64,000 bases of DNA from the human T2T-CHM13v2.0 reference genome, Homo sapiens (GCF_009914755.1 NC_060934.1), one strand, 5' to 3'. Positions 41,261 to 59,650 are shown, counted from the first letter of the stretch. The notes: generated by a model from the sequence alone, not told the origin. A program made the numbers and translations.

Positions 41261-41636
41261 TAGAAGTTTGGTCCTGGCCTGTTTTTTGAATTCTTAGTAA
41301 AAAATTACACATGCAAGCATCCCCGCCCCAGTGAGAATGCCCTCCAGATCACCTGGATCGAAGGGAGCAGGTATCAAGCACGCATAAACGCAGCTCAAAA
41401 CACTTTGCTCAACCACACCCCCATGGGAAAAAGCAGTGATAAATTTTAAGTAATAAGTGAAAGTATGACTAAACTATACTAATATTTATGGTTGGTAAAT
41501 TTTGTGCCAGCCACAGCGGCCATACGATAAACCCAAGCTAATAAAACTCGGCATAAAGAGTGTTTAAGGTCTACATTCAGTAAAGCTAAGCTCCATCTAA
41601 GTGGTAAAAAACTCCAGCTGAAATAAAACGATTACG
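41261..41636 (+). rRNA. MT-RNR1: Nuclear pseudogene fragment of mitochondrial 12S rRNA (5' ~375 nt)
   Basis: gtttggtcctggcc, ttacacatgcaagcatcccc, gtgccagccacagcggccatacgat and gtaaaaaactccag. Confidence 0.93.
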
Positions 41637-41730
41637 CTCCTTGAGGATAAGATGCATATTGTAACAATTTTCTATATCCTCCACAATGTTTTGCAGATTC
41701 AATAACTATTTAATGAATTGAGTTAAATTT
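41637..41730 (+). mobile_element. L2 3'-end fragment
   Basis: ctccttgagg ... ttcaataactatttaatgaattga. Confidence 0.5.
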
Positions 41731-44700
41731 GCCTATACTCTTACGCTCATAAATAACCTTCTAATTCTCAATTCCTCTAAAACATAGAAAAAATTGCCAA
41801 TATAAAAAAGCAAGAAAGAAGATATTAACCATTTTGTCATTCAAAATATGACTCATTCTTATACAACTACCTTTGTCAGCATTCTTGCCATTGGACTATC
41901 TAGACTTTGACGCTGGTATATCATGGCTTGTTGTTAGAGAAGGTAAAGTTTGGAAAACAGAAGCAGTTATGTAAAGCAATCTTAGAAAATCCTTGAGTTT
42001 CCCTTAGAATTTTGTGTCTTCTACATGTTTTCTGTTTCACATAGATTCAGTTTGCAGAGTTATGTCATAATTTCATGAGCGTATCTGTCAGAGAGCCCTT
42101 TGAAGGCCTATTTAATCCAACTAAGACCATTTTTTATTGTTTTAATACCATTGAACTTGTTCTGATAATTGAGGAAAAAGAGAAAGACATTCCATATAAT
42201 ACACCAGATGCCTAAGTGCTTTGGATAGTCATAAGCCTTTTCTCCTATAGCTTCCTATTTAGAAATGCCTGCTCTTCAGAGTTTTCTTAAGCTTTCCAAC
42301 TTGCTCCTTCCATTTTATAAGAATAATAGTCTATTTAGGAAGACTATTATCAAATAAAAATCAGAATGATCAGTGGACACCTATTTTAGCCTTGGGATTT
42401 ATATCACAATTCCCTAAGACTTTATATTTCCAGAAAAGAAATTCAAACTAAAGGTCACAATTACTATTATTATAGTAATACTGATAAGATGTGCATTTTA
42501 ACTAAAAGAAGTTCCCACTATTTTTTTTTCTTTCTACTTTTCAATAATCCTTGGGACCTTAGTAGGAGTGTGCAGTAGTCTTGTGGTGTATTTTTAGTTT
42601 AAAAGTCTGAGCATACCTAATTACCACTTGGTAGATATTGTTCAAACTCACTTTTGAATCCAAGTGTTTTTACCCTCATAGAATTTTTTTTAAAACGAGT
42701 ATTTGCTTGTTTCTATTATACTGTAACTATTGGAGCTACTAGGAGGCCTTTTAAATTTCACCAACAAGTAGGCAGAATGGAGACTAACTGAAGGGTTGAT
42801 GGGCTTAAAGAAAATAAATAACCTAACAAAACCACCAGGCTAATGGCAAAACCAACATTAGGAACCAAGTCACTTTACTTGGGATTAGTGGATACCAAAA
42901 TGTGCTTTCTCGGAAGCAGCACTTTACAAGGAAATATGGAAATCCACCTTTGTTGTCCTTCAGCTAAAGGGAATAAAATCATGTACTTTCTATAATTTTA
43001 ACCCTGTTATAACAGATGCTACATGAACTCAAGTGGAACTCTGACTGCCTTGAGAGCTGAATAAAATGCATCCCACCATCCGTTGCAGCCGCATCAAGGT
43101 ATTAAAAAGAGAGACAGAAGGAAGAGGTGAGAGAGGCACAAGTTCAACAGTGTGAGGCAGTCAGACACAATGGGAGGGAGAAAGAAATAAATGTCTGAAT
43201 GTCATTGAAAGAAGAGACAATGAAGGCATATGTAAGAGTCCTGCTAAAGCTATGGAACCTCAGGAGCCTATTTGTAAGAACTACAATTTAGAATAGGGAA
43301 CTTGCAATACAATGCCTGACCTTTATTTCCTTTCCTGCCTCGAACTTGTGAAAACCTTTGATTGACTTTTCTATGAACATGAATTACTGTTACAATATTT
43401 AGTTGAACAATATGAATTTCTCAAAGCAGTAATACAGCGCTACAGCATAGCTTAACATTGTTTAAGTAATATGGTTTGCTTATATTTAAGTCATTTCTAA
43501 GGGACCCATGCAAACACAGTCAGGAGATCTATTTCTGATGTATTTCCAAGGCTAGAAACAAAAAAATGCTGTTAATGCATAAACAGTCAAAAAACCATGC
43601 ACTGTGGTTTTACAGGGACCTCTATTTCTAAAGATGATTGTTGCATGAGGGTCTCTGCCTTTATGAAGGGAAATGTGTAGATTTTAACTAGATCTGTTTG
43701 TGTTTTGAAAAAGAAAATCATGTTTCTGCACTAAAAAATAAATTCCTAATCAAACCTTTAAAGTTAACATTTAGAACAGGGACAGAAACTTCTGTTGTTT
43801 CCTAAGTGTTTTGCTGTTGTTCCTGTTTAGTTTTAAATCATTTTTTAGAAGTTTTATTGAGGTATAAAAAAATTGTACACCTTTCATATATTCACCTGGA
43901 TGAGTTTGGACCAATATCATCATCACAACCAAGGTACTGAACATACTTATTCACCTCCAAAAATTTTCTTGTGTTCTTTTTTAATGGTGGTAGTATATTT
44001 TTAAGAATTCAGCCTTTGAGCAGGGTACGAAGGACCTTCAACAACAAATGCAAAAGTAAATGAGCTAAGTTCATATAAAGGGTTAGCTCTCAGTGAGATA
44101 TTCAAGTTATGATCATATCCTCAAGAGGCTTGTAAACTGACTGTGGGTTTCCAGTTTGGTTATTCACAGATAGGCCTTCATTTGCTCATTCACCTATTCA
44201 TTCATATAGCCACTCATTCATTCTCAAGAAGAGGTATTTGTCCATATCTCACCATGTGGATGAGCAGATGGTCAGTTCTCACTTCTTTTGCCATTAAGTG
44301 TGCTCACCGTTGAGCTCCAGGATGATATTTTCTCTCACTTTGCGTCATTACCAAAGTGGCTATCAAGATTCCCTCCCCTACCTTCTTTTTCTTTTTTCAA
44401 TGTTTAAGAGCTGGAGTTAATTTCTTGACTCCTTTGGTAACACATGCCGATATATACCACTCAAGGCCTGTTGGATTAAACTGTTAAATTTGTCATCTAG
44501 CTAATGTTTTCTCAGAACCAGACAAATTAAACAGAGTCAATTGTTGAAATTATTTCAAAAGATAAACAATCATAGAATGGAAATAAACTACAGAAAGTAG
44601 GGAACAGGAGTAACTAAGTCTCCTAGAAAACATTTGCAGCAGATGTTAAGTATCCAGTCTCGTTGTTATAAATGAATTTCAAAGAATCTCATGAGGAGCA

Positions 44701-45499
44701 GCTTTACAAAATTTTACTGCACTAACAAATGGCAGCCAATCTCTGTAGTAAACACAAAATACTGTAACATCCTTTGTATCTCCTTAAATTAAGCCAATTT
44801 CTGCTTACACAGAAAATCTGTCTGTGGAAAACACTGCTTAGAATTTGAAAGCACATTAATCTGGAAGCCACAACAGAAGTGTGCTTCAGAAAACTTCTTA
44901 ATATTTTTCTTGTGAGTTATTCTCTTTACGCTTTTCACATTACAATATTACCAAGTTATCATAATGTATTTTCTGCACTCCCAGAGCAAGATAAGACTCT
45001 AGTAGTTGCTGGGAACTATGCATTGTCTAAATATGGGTTCACATTCTCTCACAGTGATTCTGGAATCATACACACAAATGAGATCACTGCTGTCAGATCA
45101 CTGGGATTAAGACTCAACCTCTCTACTCACTGGCCATGTAAATATAGATACAGTACTCAGATCCTCTGAGGCTTAGCTAATTATCAGTTGATTTGGTCTA
45201 CACTTACCACATTAATTATTTGAAAGGATTCGTTGATATAACATGTGCTGACAACCATAATCATTATTAAGGCAATGTTTACCAATATGTGACTTTAAAA
45301 CAGATACTACTATTAGATAACAATTCACACTATACATTCAATATTTAAACAACAGAATTATAATTTTGTGAAGCAAATTTTGTACTCAAACAGAAAATCC
45401 AATTCTATAATTATTTTCTGCAATATTGGGTCATAGAACCAACAAAGAATATATGACTGGCTTAGACGTATGTAATTACTTATGCAATTAGTAATAAAA

Positions 45500-45750
45500 T
45501 TCTTCACTCATTCCTAGATTTGAATCCCTGATGCTCTGCGTAGCAGCTGTATAGTCTTGGACAAGTTGCTTAATCTGTCTGTACCTCGATTTCCTCATTT
45601 GTACTTCAATTTTCTTATGTGGTAAATATAAAATTACTTAACTCAGAGCTATGAGGTCAGTTTTATTTGAGAGAATCCAGAATAAAATACTTAGCACACA
45701 TTTCCTACCATTCAGCATGCATAATACGTACTCAAGGAAATTTTAGATCT
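45500..45750 (+). mobile_element. MIR
   Basis: cttggacaagttgcttaatctgtctgtacctcgatttcctcatttgta. Confidence 0.75.
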
Positions 45751-46446
45751 CTGTACATGATTAATATATTAAATCCTCAAACCGACTATAATGTCTGAAA
45801 ATGCATGTCTTTATGTCACTGTACCTCTCACTGCACTTGGCACAGTGTTGTGAATATATTTGTCATTTGTATGTTCTTTCTACCATACAATTCTGCCACT
45901 CCAATTAGCATATTGTGTTGGAAAACAATTGGGTGCTTGCCTTATGTTTTACTAAATTTATACGGAACTACGTTGACACTTCCTTGCCCTTCAGATGCTG
46001 GCACTCACTGGTTGCTTTCTAGTTCTCAGGAGTCTCTGTGTGACTCTGTCCTTTACACTTGCCCTGCAACATCACCCTCAGCCCTAGACAAAGCCAACAT
46101 CATTTTTAAAAACCTGCAAATATGTCTGCAATTCACTGTATGAATATTCTCATTCTATCAAAACCCTGACCTCACTAACTCAATGGAGCAATACAGGATG
46201 AGAAAGTAGTTTATATGAAAGTCATAGAAAGCTTGCTTTGTTTATTCATCCAAACGTATGTTTTTAAAGGACGAGGCTTTTATCTGAAACAAATAAAATT
46301 ATAATTTGAAATTTCAAATAATGTGACTAATATATTATGAATTCATTTCCAAATATAGAAATAATTAAAACACTTGGGGTATAGAAAAATGAGTGCTGTA
46401 TCTATTCTTTTCTTATATTAATTTTACCCCAGCTGCCAGAATTTAG

Positions 46447-46950
<504 letters not shown>

Positions 46951-47037
46951 CAAAGATGTATTTTACTAATACCACAGAGGTATAATCTGCTGCTACTTCT
47001 TGATCAGGAGTAAACAAGTTTACTTCACAGCAGTTGA

Positions 47038-47426
<389 letters not shown>

Positions 47427-47509
47427 GAGAAGGCTTTTTATTATAGGTTGTTCTTATTGTTTTATTTAGTTGGTTTACTTGTTGGTTTTCAAGGTAAGTT
47501 TGACATATA

Positions 47510-47740
47510 AGGTGGTATAATGTTTAAAGGTCAAGTTATAGAGATAGCTAGATTGAAGTTCAAATCCAGAGCCAAGTTACTTAGACTCTCTAAGGACTTG
47601 TTTTTTCCCTTATAAAATTAAAATAAAGTGGATAGCCACTTCATAGGTTTGTAATAAGAATTAATATGATCATGATGTCACAGAGTTGCAAAGAGATACT
47701 GAAACTTGGCTCTGCCAAAAAATATTAGCTATTGCCATTA
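47510..47740 (+). mobile_element. MIR
   Basis: caagttacttagactctctaag...tcataggtttgtaataagaattaa. Confidence 0.6.
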
Positions 47741-48359
47741 TGATTGTTCTCCTTAATACCTAAGGCATTTGCTGACAGTCAGGTTACTCATCATGTCCTT
47801 CCAGGAAAAAAACTTTAAGAATGTTGAAAACTTAGGAACTACTTTTAAAATTTAATTTTCAGACCTGACATAACACAGCTGAGGAAGAGAGGTGGTAGCT
47901 GATTGGGGATAGATGTAGAGATCATTAATGGTATAAGAGTGTGAGAATGTGAAGCAGGATAGGATATGATATTACTCATACAGATCACAAATACATGTCA
48001 AAATTATATTTATCATTCATTTAAGTAAAATTCAACATTGTTTTCTTCAAAGAAGAAATTGCGCATTTCACTCTATCTATTTAACTCTGGAAAATTTTAC
48101 AAATTGAGCATGCCATTTTTTAGTATGAATTCCTTTATTTCAGCTGCCCTGCTAACTTTGGCATGATGAGCAGAGAAAAAATAAACAGAATGATTAGTTC
48201 TGAAATATGAAAAAGTGTCCAAGAAAAGGAGTAGTCTTGAGAAGTAGGGAACAGGATGAAGTCACTAGGGGACAGAAGGGTAGGAGGGAGTGGGACCAGA
48301 CAAACACTGAGCTCTGCATGCACACGTAACAGTCTAAAATAGTCATCCAGCACGCAGAC

Positions 48360-48575
48360 TCTAAGTCAAGATAACCAAGATGAATTGCCAACTTCTCCAC
48401 AAGCAATATGACTTTGGGTAAGGTATTTGAGTTTTCTGTGTCTTAGTTTCTTCAACTGATAAATAAAAATGATGGTCATATCTACTTCATAAAATTGTGA
48501 TAATTGATTAATACATGTAATGAATAGCGTTTGGCATTTAGCTTAATAATAAGACTTTTCATTAAAATATTAGCT
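48360..48575 (+). mobile_element. MIR
   Basis: tgactttgggtaaggtatttgagttttctgtgtcttagtttcttca. Confidence 0.65.
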
Positions 48576-49560
48576 ACTTTTGTTAGCTAGCAACTCTCAG
48601 TTTTGCCTAAAGCTGACCCCATATCTAGGGTGAGGTTTTGAAAGAAATTCAACACCATCAGAAGTAGGTCTGGAAGTTATAAAGGAAAGCTTAAAGAAAC
48701 AGAAATATGTGCAACACCTATTTACAAAGAATCCATTGGGAAAACCCCATTGAGCCCAGGGAGATGGCACATGTCCCCTTTGGTTATGGAATTCAGTTCC
48801 CTGACGGTCAGTATACTGTCTTTGTTCCCAAGGCAAACTTTTTAATAATTGTGATCCCACTCAATAGTCATGTTCACTTACTTTATGGGTACATTTGTGG
48901 CATATTTTAAAATGTGAAGTTGAGTGCATTTCACCTGAAAACCAAAGGCATGTAATGACAACATGCTATAGAGGAAAAATTATTGATTTGTGTAAATAGG
49001 CAGATCTTGTTTGTATTCTAGCTCCATCACTTACTAATTTTGTGATATGGGCAATTTATATCCTATCTGAGCCTGTGTTTCCTCTACAATATGAGGTAAT
49101 TTCTACTTTGAAGTATTGTTATGAGGGTTAAATATAAATTACTTTCTGGTTTATGATGTTGGTATATACTACTTCTATGCACAACCGTTATTTTTATGAA
49201 TAAGATTTTAACAGTAAGCCACAGAAAATATAATGTAAGACTGATTCTTAGAATCTATCAAAACAGGTTGTAAAAATGACTTAAACATCTAGCATGGCAG
49301 TGACTAACATTTTGAAAAGCTTAATTTTTCCATTAAGAACTATAGCCCAACACAGTGTCTGTGCTTCAGTGTTCCTCTTATCAGGAAGGATAATATGTGT
49401 GATGCATGGACTAACTCTAATGAAAATTTTTATTCTTAAGACACAAAATATTTCCCAGCACAGTACATAAGGTCTTTGTGCTTATGTCAGCATTGGAGAT
49501 AAATTTCTGGGAAAGAAGTAGAGAAACTGCTCATTTCTATAGACATCAAAACACCAAAGT

Positions 49561-49961
<401 letters not shown>

Positions 49962-50559
49962 TTACTTTAAATATGTTTTTAAAACAGCGTGCTTGTTTTA
50001 TAACAATAGATTCATGCTAGTTATCTGATATTCCCCAGTGGTTGCTTTGTGGAGCTCAGTGTCATCCTTGGAGAACATGGGCAATAAAAAGCATTTCTTC
50101 TGCACCAGTAAGACAAAAACAAACTGACTACTTCTCACATAAACCTTGGAGGGCTTCCCTCAGTGGGGTTAGTGATCAGCAAATCATGTCAAATAACCCC
50201 TTTTGTTATTTTTGACATAATAGTGTTCCTAGCAGACAGTACTCAAGAATTCCCAGATTCTTAGCTGTAACATAAATTTAATATACTCTCTTTTATTAAA
50301 AGTCAAGCTGTTTATTCACAGTAGCTCTTAGGTCTACGTTTCATTTTACACATATATGTGGATGTAATAGCTTTTTCCTTAGAACTTTTAAAAAATAGAA
50401 TTCAGTAAAAGTCCTATATTTGTATTTTCTATGTGTCAAGAACAGATAAGCATCATTAATGTGAACCAAATTTCAATTGAGGAGCTGAAATTAGGAAGAA
50501 TTGAAAAACACCTGAAATAAATCTTCAAGTAATAAAGGGGAAAGTTTACTTTAGAATTA

Positions 50560-50897
<338 letters not shown>

Positions 50898-51656
50898 ACT
50901 TTTTAAAAAGTCATTGCATTATTTTTAAAAAATTAATAGTTTCAAAATGTATACATGTAAAATCTAACTGGGAATACTTTGTATCTACTTGTAGCACAAG
51001 ATTAAATTTATTTTCAATTACTAGGAGATTTGCACAATAGAGTATATATTTACTTTAATCTGTATGACTAAAAGCCTCATTGTCAATGTGACTATGTCAT
51101 CATTATCACATTCATGAATCTCCTGATTATAACCTGCACAGATGGTCTACCTACAGGGCTCTGGGATAAGAAACTTGCTGTCTGTCTACAGAGGAAGCCG
51201 TTTTCACTTCCAGATAGTTCTGAATATTTGCAAGTACTTGCTGATTTAGAGTCAAATTATGTCTTGCTGTAACATCCATGTTACTGAACTTACATTTGAG
51301 ATAAACCAAGATTAGACTAAACCATGCCTTCAAATGACACTCTCAAAAATGTGATGCAATTTATGTGCCAAAACTATCCTATCTTGCCATTTTCCTCCAT
51401 TTTTTAGGAAAAGCATGGTCCTAGTTTTGTTAGCCACAGTTGACACTACTATTTTAAATCACTATGTCATTTGTATATCCTACATTTGAACACTCTTTAG
51501 TGTCTTCAAGTTAAAATATGCATAAAAACTGCACGTCCAGGATACTCTACCTGGAGAAAAACATAGCTCTCATTAACCTTGTCCAGACATTAAACTTATA
51601 AGAGAAAAATCATTATTTTCCTGTAACCAAATTATTCCGCTAAATTTGTTTTTAGG

Positions 51657-51874
51657 CAGGATTAATAAACCTTTACTGTAAAGGGAAAGAGGCTAAGATT
51701 TTAGGTTTTGTGGGCCATATAATCTCTATACAACTGTTCAACTCTGCTGTTGCAGTGAGAAAGCATTTATAGACAATACGCAAATGAATGAGTGTGTCCA
51801 TGCTGCAATAAAATTTAATTTATTGCAGTCTATTGGCTGGATATGGCCTGCAGGCCATAATTTGCCAACCCTTG
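51657..51874. mobile_element. MER58A-like DNA transposon
   Basis: ctgtaaagggaaagagg...tttgtgggccatat...ggccataatttgccaaccct. Confidence 0.8.
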
Positions 51875-52960
51875 GTTGACAGTATAGCTAGCTAAACACT
51901 GCTTGTTGTAGTAAAATCTTGCTTTTTAAAACGTATGTCTCTCATCCTAGTATTGTCATTACGTGTGTGTGGTTTATTGTTAAATATGTAATATTTAAGG
52001 GTCTTTCCTATTTAGTTTTATTAACTAAAAGCTGTTTCATAATTGTAATGCACAGACATCTATATAGGTTTTTATTTTATCATTCAACCTATTAGCTAAT
52101 CCTTAGAGTTGTTTCATTTTTCATGTGTTTGACAGATGAACATGTCTAAAACACTGATGATAATGTTACCAGAATATAAACAAAAATGAAATTTTCAGGT
52201 TAAAACCATTTTGTTAGTAATATGTAAGTATATCAATTAACCATTAAATAATTTACCAAATTATTCCATTACCTAATCCATATTGCTCCTTCTTGTCCAC
52301 AAGAATATAGTAAGGTACATGTCAAATACATACCTCTGACTTTAGTGGGCATTTAATGTATTATTAGAGGATCCTGATATCTGTCTTTCTTAAAGAAATT
52401 AAACTCATCCCTAGTGATTATACTTTCTTCATCTAACACTATAATATTAATAACATTTGAAAAAATAATGTCTAATAATTAACACTAGATTTAGAGTATT
52501 TTTAGACAATTTTCTAAAATTATCTGAAAAATTTGACCAGAATCATTGTAAAATTCACATCTGAGCTTATGAAAGCCCACTTTATTCCACTCTAAAAGAA
52601 CAAAATTTTGTACCTTTAATTTTATCTTTTAAAATGTTTTAACATAAAGGTAGTGGGAGACGTTACTAAAGGAAGCTTAGGTAGTAACGTATTTGTCGTC
52701 TCAGTTAACACAAAGACCATAGATGGGGCAGATCTGCAGGATGCAAAAACTTTCCTTTTTCTCACCTCATAGTAGTCATATGGCTACTGCAATTCTCTGG
52801 TTTCATGTGCTTACAAAATGTCCTTTAGTTAAAAATAAAAAGAAAGAGAAAGAGAAAGACAAAGAAAGAAAAAGAAAGAGAAAGAAGAAGAAAAGAGAAA
52901 AAATAATTTCTTCATGTGTCTATTTAAATTAACAAAGACGTGAATTGTCCCAGACCTCCC

Positions 52961-53558
52961 TGTGATGAGTAACTTCATGTGTCAGTTTTACTGGGCTAAG
53001 GGTTGCCCACATGGCTGATAAAACATTATTTCTGAGTATGTCTGTGTTTCCAGAGAAATTAGCATTTGAATAGGTAGACTGAGTGAAGAGGATCATCCTC
53101 ACCAATATCTATGGGCATCCTTCAATCTATTCAGAGCCCAAATAAAACAAAAAGGCAGAGGAAGGGCGAATTTAATCTGTCTTCTTGAGCTGGGACATCC
53201 ATCTTCTCTTATCCTCTGATATTGGAACACCTGGTTCTCAGACTTTTGGGCTTAGGTTGAACTATATCACTAACTTTCCTGGGCCTCCATCATGCAGGCA
53301 GGAGATTGTGGAATTTCTCAGTCTCGACATCCTTGTGAGCCAATTCCTCCCAAGAATTATCTTCTTCTAGCTATCTCTGTCTCTTTCTCTATCTATTTCA
53401 TCTGTAAAAGTATCTGTATCTCTGTGTCATCTATATCTGTATCATCTGTATCTTTATCTCATCTGTCTCTATCTCTATCTCTACCTCTATGTCTACATCT
53501 GTCTTAGTTATCTATCTCATTTATGGTTCTGTTTCTCTGGAGAACCTTAACTAATATA
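52961..53558 (+). mobile_element. MLT2B/C/D-type ERVL solo LTR with an internal TC/TA-rich tract
   Basis: tgtgatgagtaacttcatgtgtcag ... ggttctgtttctctggagaaccttaactaatata. Confidence 0.88.
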
Positions 53559-53674
53559 GTCCTTATCTTACAACTCACTTGCCAGCTTACCATGATTATA
53601 ACCAAGTTGATCACTTCAAAAGAATACTAAATAATATATATTGTTTACACTAAGAGATAGCTAGCTACTCTCCT

Positions 53675-53970
53675 CAAGCTGAATCTGGCCCCCACCTCAC
53701 TTAGTAGAGCAAGCAAACTAAATGTAGATTATACATTTTTTACTCATTGAAAAAACCCAAATAATAACTTATGACATGCTAAAATTTAAATTTTGATATA
53801 CAAATAAAATTTTATTAGAACACAATTATATTTATTCATTTACATTTACATTATTTGTCTATGGCTACTTTTACACTAATGCAGCAGAGTTTGTTAGTTG
53901 AGACAGAAACAGGCCAATAAAGACCAACATTTTTACAATATGACCCTTTAAAAAAAAATGGACCCTTGGT
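53675..53970. mobile_element. MER58-like DNA transposon
   Basis: aaataaaattttattagaacaca...gtctatggctacttttacact...gaccctttaaaaaaaa. Confidence 0.7.
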
Positions 53971-54234
53971 TTAGACTGATCAATAATCCTATGGGAGGAT
54001 TTTAATGATTTTCATCTGTAACCAACCAAGCACATTTTTTTTCTTGGCTAGGATAAATTTAGAACATCTATGTCCTTCCCTAAAATAGCCCCACATACTT
54101 GAAAGTCTGATTCTCTCATAACTATATTTTTTTCTCTGCTGTTAAAATTTGAACTCATTCTCTTCAGAAATAAAGAAAGTAACAAAATAGAAACTAAGCA
54201 GTCCCATTTTTATTTTGCCATTTATGAGGGCCTA

Positions 54235-54248
54235 TGCCACCTAGCGGT
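54235..54248 (-). promoter_or_regulatory. Candidate CTCF-binding motif
   Basis: TGCCACCTAGCGGT. The reverse complement ACCGCTAGGTGGCA fits the CTCF core CC(A/G)(C/G)(C/T)AG(A/G)(G/T)GGC. Confidence 0.6.
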
Positions 54249-56747
54249 GATTTAGTATGTATTTAACAACCAGTTCACTGAGAAAAACTGCTGTATTTTT
54301 AGTTTGCTTAATTTAGTGGTGTTGAATATTTCCTCTATGACCAATTTTGGCTTACGAATATGATTTCTTTGAATGCAAAGTTGGGAGGAGATGAGCACTG
54401 TGTGCTCCTATGAGGAGTTCCATCTGGCTCAAACATAAACACTATTAACATCACTTTGCTCTAGACATGTGATTCTCTTTCATAATGCTTCTTGCATTAA
54501 CTGCAATATAAAAGTTACAATCCTTATTATTTTTGAAAAACTCAATTTGTATAGGACTCTTGATAATATTTTAATATGTATACATTTTATAATAATTTTT
54601 ATTGATATTTTTTCTTCTTTTATACTTTTTTTTGTTTATTTATATAGTTTGTTTTCACATTAAATGGGAGAAATACTGACATTGTTCAATTCACACCCAG
54701 GGAAATTCTGTGTGAATGATATCATATTATATTTCTTTTAATGCTCTAAACAATGTTGTGAGGTAAGTGTTATCTCTGATTTGCATATGAAGAAACATAT
54801 TCCGAGATTAAAAAATTGCCCAGTTTCACACAAGGAATAAATTGGAGCACAGGAGTTCTATATAGATAGACCTGTATGACTTCACAGAGTGAAATGGACA
54901 GATAAACAATTCACTTTCCAGGAGAAATCACAGGACAATGGATATCAGAAGAAATGATGGGACCAGGGTAATATTGGATGTTTTGTATATAAAAAACTAA
55001 TGTGGGCAACAAAAAAGCATATAAAGTCACTGAAGCAAAATATATATAATATATATTGCGAAATCTAAAAGAAAATATGCTATTGGTAGGCCATGGCTAC
55101 ATTATAAAAAACATTTCATTTCACATAAAGTATGAATACTACACTATGACTATGAGTTAATATTAAAATTTGACCACATAGGAAATAGGAGAAAAAAGTA
55201 ACAACACTGTGGAAAGCAAAGAAAATGACTGCAAGATGAAGCTATCACCACCATCTCGTGGCCACATACGGACTTCCTCAGAAGCTTAGATGAATAAAGG
55301 GAAGAGACTGGAGTTATTAAAATTTGTAAACTCAGAGTAAAAGCCTTCCTGAGCTGAGGCTAGACCTCTGAGGGAGAGATATGTTCCAACTGCTGCTGTT
55401 ACCTCTGAAGAGGCACTTTCTGGGGCTCTGAAAAAATTGGTAAACTGAAACAATTACTGCTCCTAGGGCAAGGGGATGTTCTTGGGAGAATATCAGCAAG
55501 GACGGCAAACAAACAGGAAAAGGAGATCTATTCTTCCATTCTCTTGCCTATGTTTCTCTAGTACCTCCCAATAGCAGAACGTAGCAGGATCCCACTTGAA
55601 GGAACTTGGAAAACGTAGCTTGCTGATCCCCATCACGGCATCATAGCAAATTTATTTCAGAGAAATGTGGCTAAAGATCAAGATTATTAGTAAATCAATT
55701 TTTTTACCTAATTTTTAATCTGTATTGATTTCTTATAACATAAATATCTGTGGTTACAGAGACCTCAGTATTTTCTTTTTCTTCTGTAGCAGCATTTCAA
55801 TCTTTTTTGAAGTTCTACCTCTCTTTCACTTCTAGTTCACACCATGTGAGAACAATGGACCTAATCATCATGGGCAGTGGTCATAATATGTCTCAACCTG
55901 CCCAAAATAAAGATGCTACCCCATTAACCATATGTTTTATTTTGTAATACGATCATGATCCAACCTAGTCTAATGAGAAACTTAACTAGAAATTTTGTTG
56001 GAATTATTGAGGAAAACAGTGTTCATTTTCTGAAAAAGTAGCTTAGCTAGTAAGATATAAGCTCAGTGCTACTAGTGGCCATCTTGATGTGGAACAATAC
56101 TGAGAATATTTCTTCAGGTAATCCTACAAGAAATGTGTGCAAAACAGAAAAGAGGAAGTTACAATGAGAAATTTCTTACGTACTATATTCAGTAGAGCCT
56201 CAGGGTAGCTCTAAATCTAGATACTTAATAAGAATACTACTGATAATAAATAATACTCATATAGCAAATACTATGTGCTAAGCATTCTTTCATGTACTTT
56301 ATAAGATTAATATATCTAATACAAGGACTGTATGAGATAGATATTATTGTCCAGTTTTATTATGTCCTGCAAATAAAATGCCCTGACAAATTATATTCTC
56401 TCAATCATCTTTCCTTTGTTTGCAATCAACATTTTATATGTATTCACTTATTATGTATCACTCCTTTGATTCCTCAAAATTTATTTAGGGCTATATAAAT
56501 ATTTTGCTACTACTGGAATTAGCAAAACTTTAAGGTTAAATTTTCAAACATGTTATTGCCCTCATCATACTGTAGCAAGAATTAGTAATCAATGATACAT
56601 AAACCCTATTTATTTATCCGAATTATTCCATTTCACATCCTCACAAAGGACACTATTCTGTCACCATTTAACCCTTGTCCCCAAAATCTCCTCATAAATG
56701 CAGTTTCAAAAACAGCAAATAGATAAATTGGACTTTATTAAAATTAA

Positions 56748-57681
<934 letters not shown>

Positions 57682-57859
57682 AAAATTAAAAACTTCTATG
57701 TTTCAAAGGACATCATTAAGAAAGTGAAAAGACAACCTACAGAATGGGATTAAATATTTGCAAATTGTGTATCTGTTAAGGGTCTAGTATTTAGAATATG
57801 TAAAGAACTATCACAGCTCCATAAGAAAAAAGCAAATAATCCAATTGAAACAATGGGCA

Positions 57860-58565
<706 letters not shown>

Positions 58566-58805
58566 GAGATACCAATTCACACCCACTAGAATGACTATAA
58601 TAACTTAAAAAAAATCTCAAAAAAAAAAAAAACCCAAAAAACAAAACCCCAACAACTGTTGGTGAGGATGTGGAGAAATGGGAACCCTATAAGGGTTCCT
58701 TACTTATAGAGATGTAAAATGATACAGATGCTATGGGAAACAGTCTGGCAGTTCCTCAAAAAGTTAAACATACAGTTGCCATATGACACAGCAGTTCCAT
58801 TCCTA

Positions 58806-59288
<483 letters not shown>

Positions 59289-59650
59289 TTATTCAGCCAC
59301 AAGAAGGAGTGAAGTACAGATTCATGCTGCAACATGGATAAACCTTAAAAACATTATGCTGAGTGAAAGAAGCCACGAAAGATCACATATGGTATGATCC
59401 CACTTATATGAAATGTTTAGAACAGGAAATCCATAGAGATAGAAAAGAGATCAATGGTTTCTAGGAGATGGGGAGGGAGGCAATTGGGAATGACTGTTAA
59501 TAGGTATGGGGTTCTTTTTAGGTGATAGAAATGTTCTGGAATTAGTGTAGATGGTTGCAAAATGTGAATACGCTAAAACTACTGAATTGTATACTTTGAA
59601 ATGGTAAATTGTATGCTATGTGAATTTTATCTCAATTAAAAAAAAGTATA

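Larger units (their letters stand above)
40401..41636 (+). pseudogene. Old NUMT: mitochondrial control region (central domain to CSB1-3), tRNA-Phe and 5' part of 12S rRNA
   Basis: ctatcaccctaataac...catgcatttggtat. CSB1-like at 40576-40605 and CSB3-like gccagcccccaaaaacaag at 40772-40790. Followed by tRNA-Phe and 12S in mitochondrial gene order. Confidence 0.95.
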
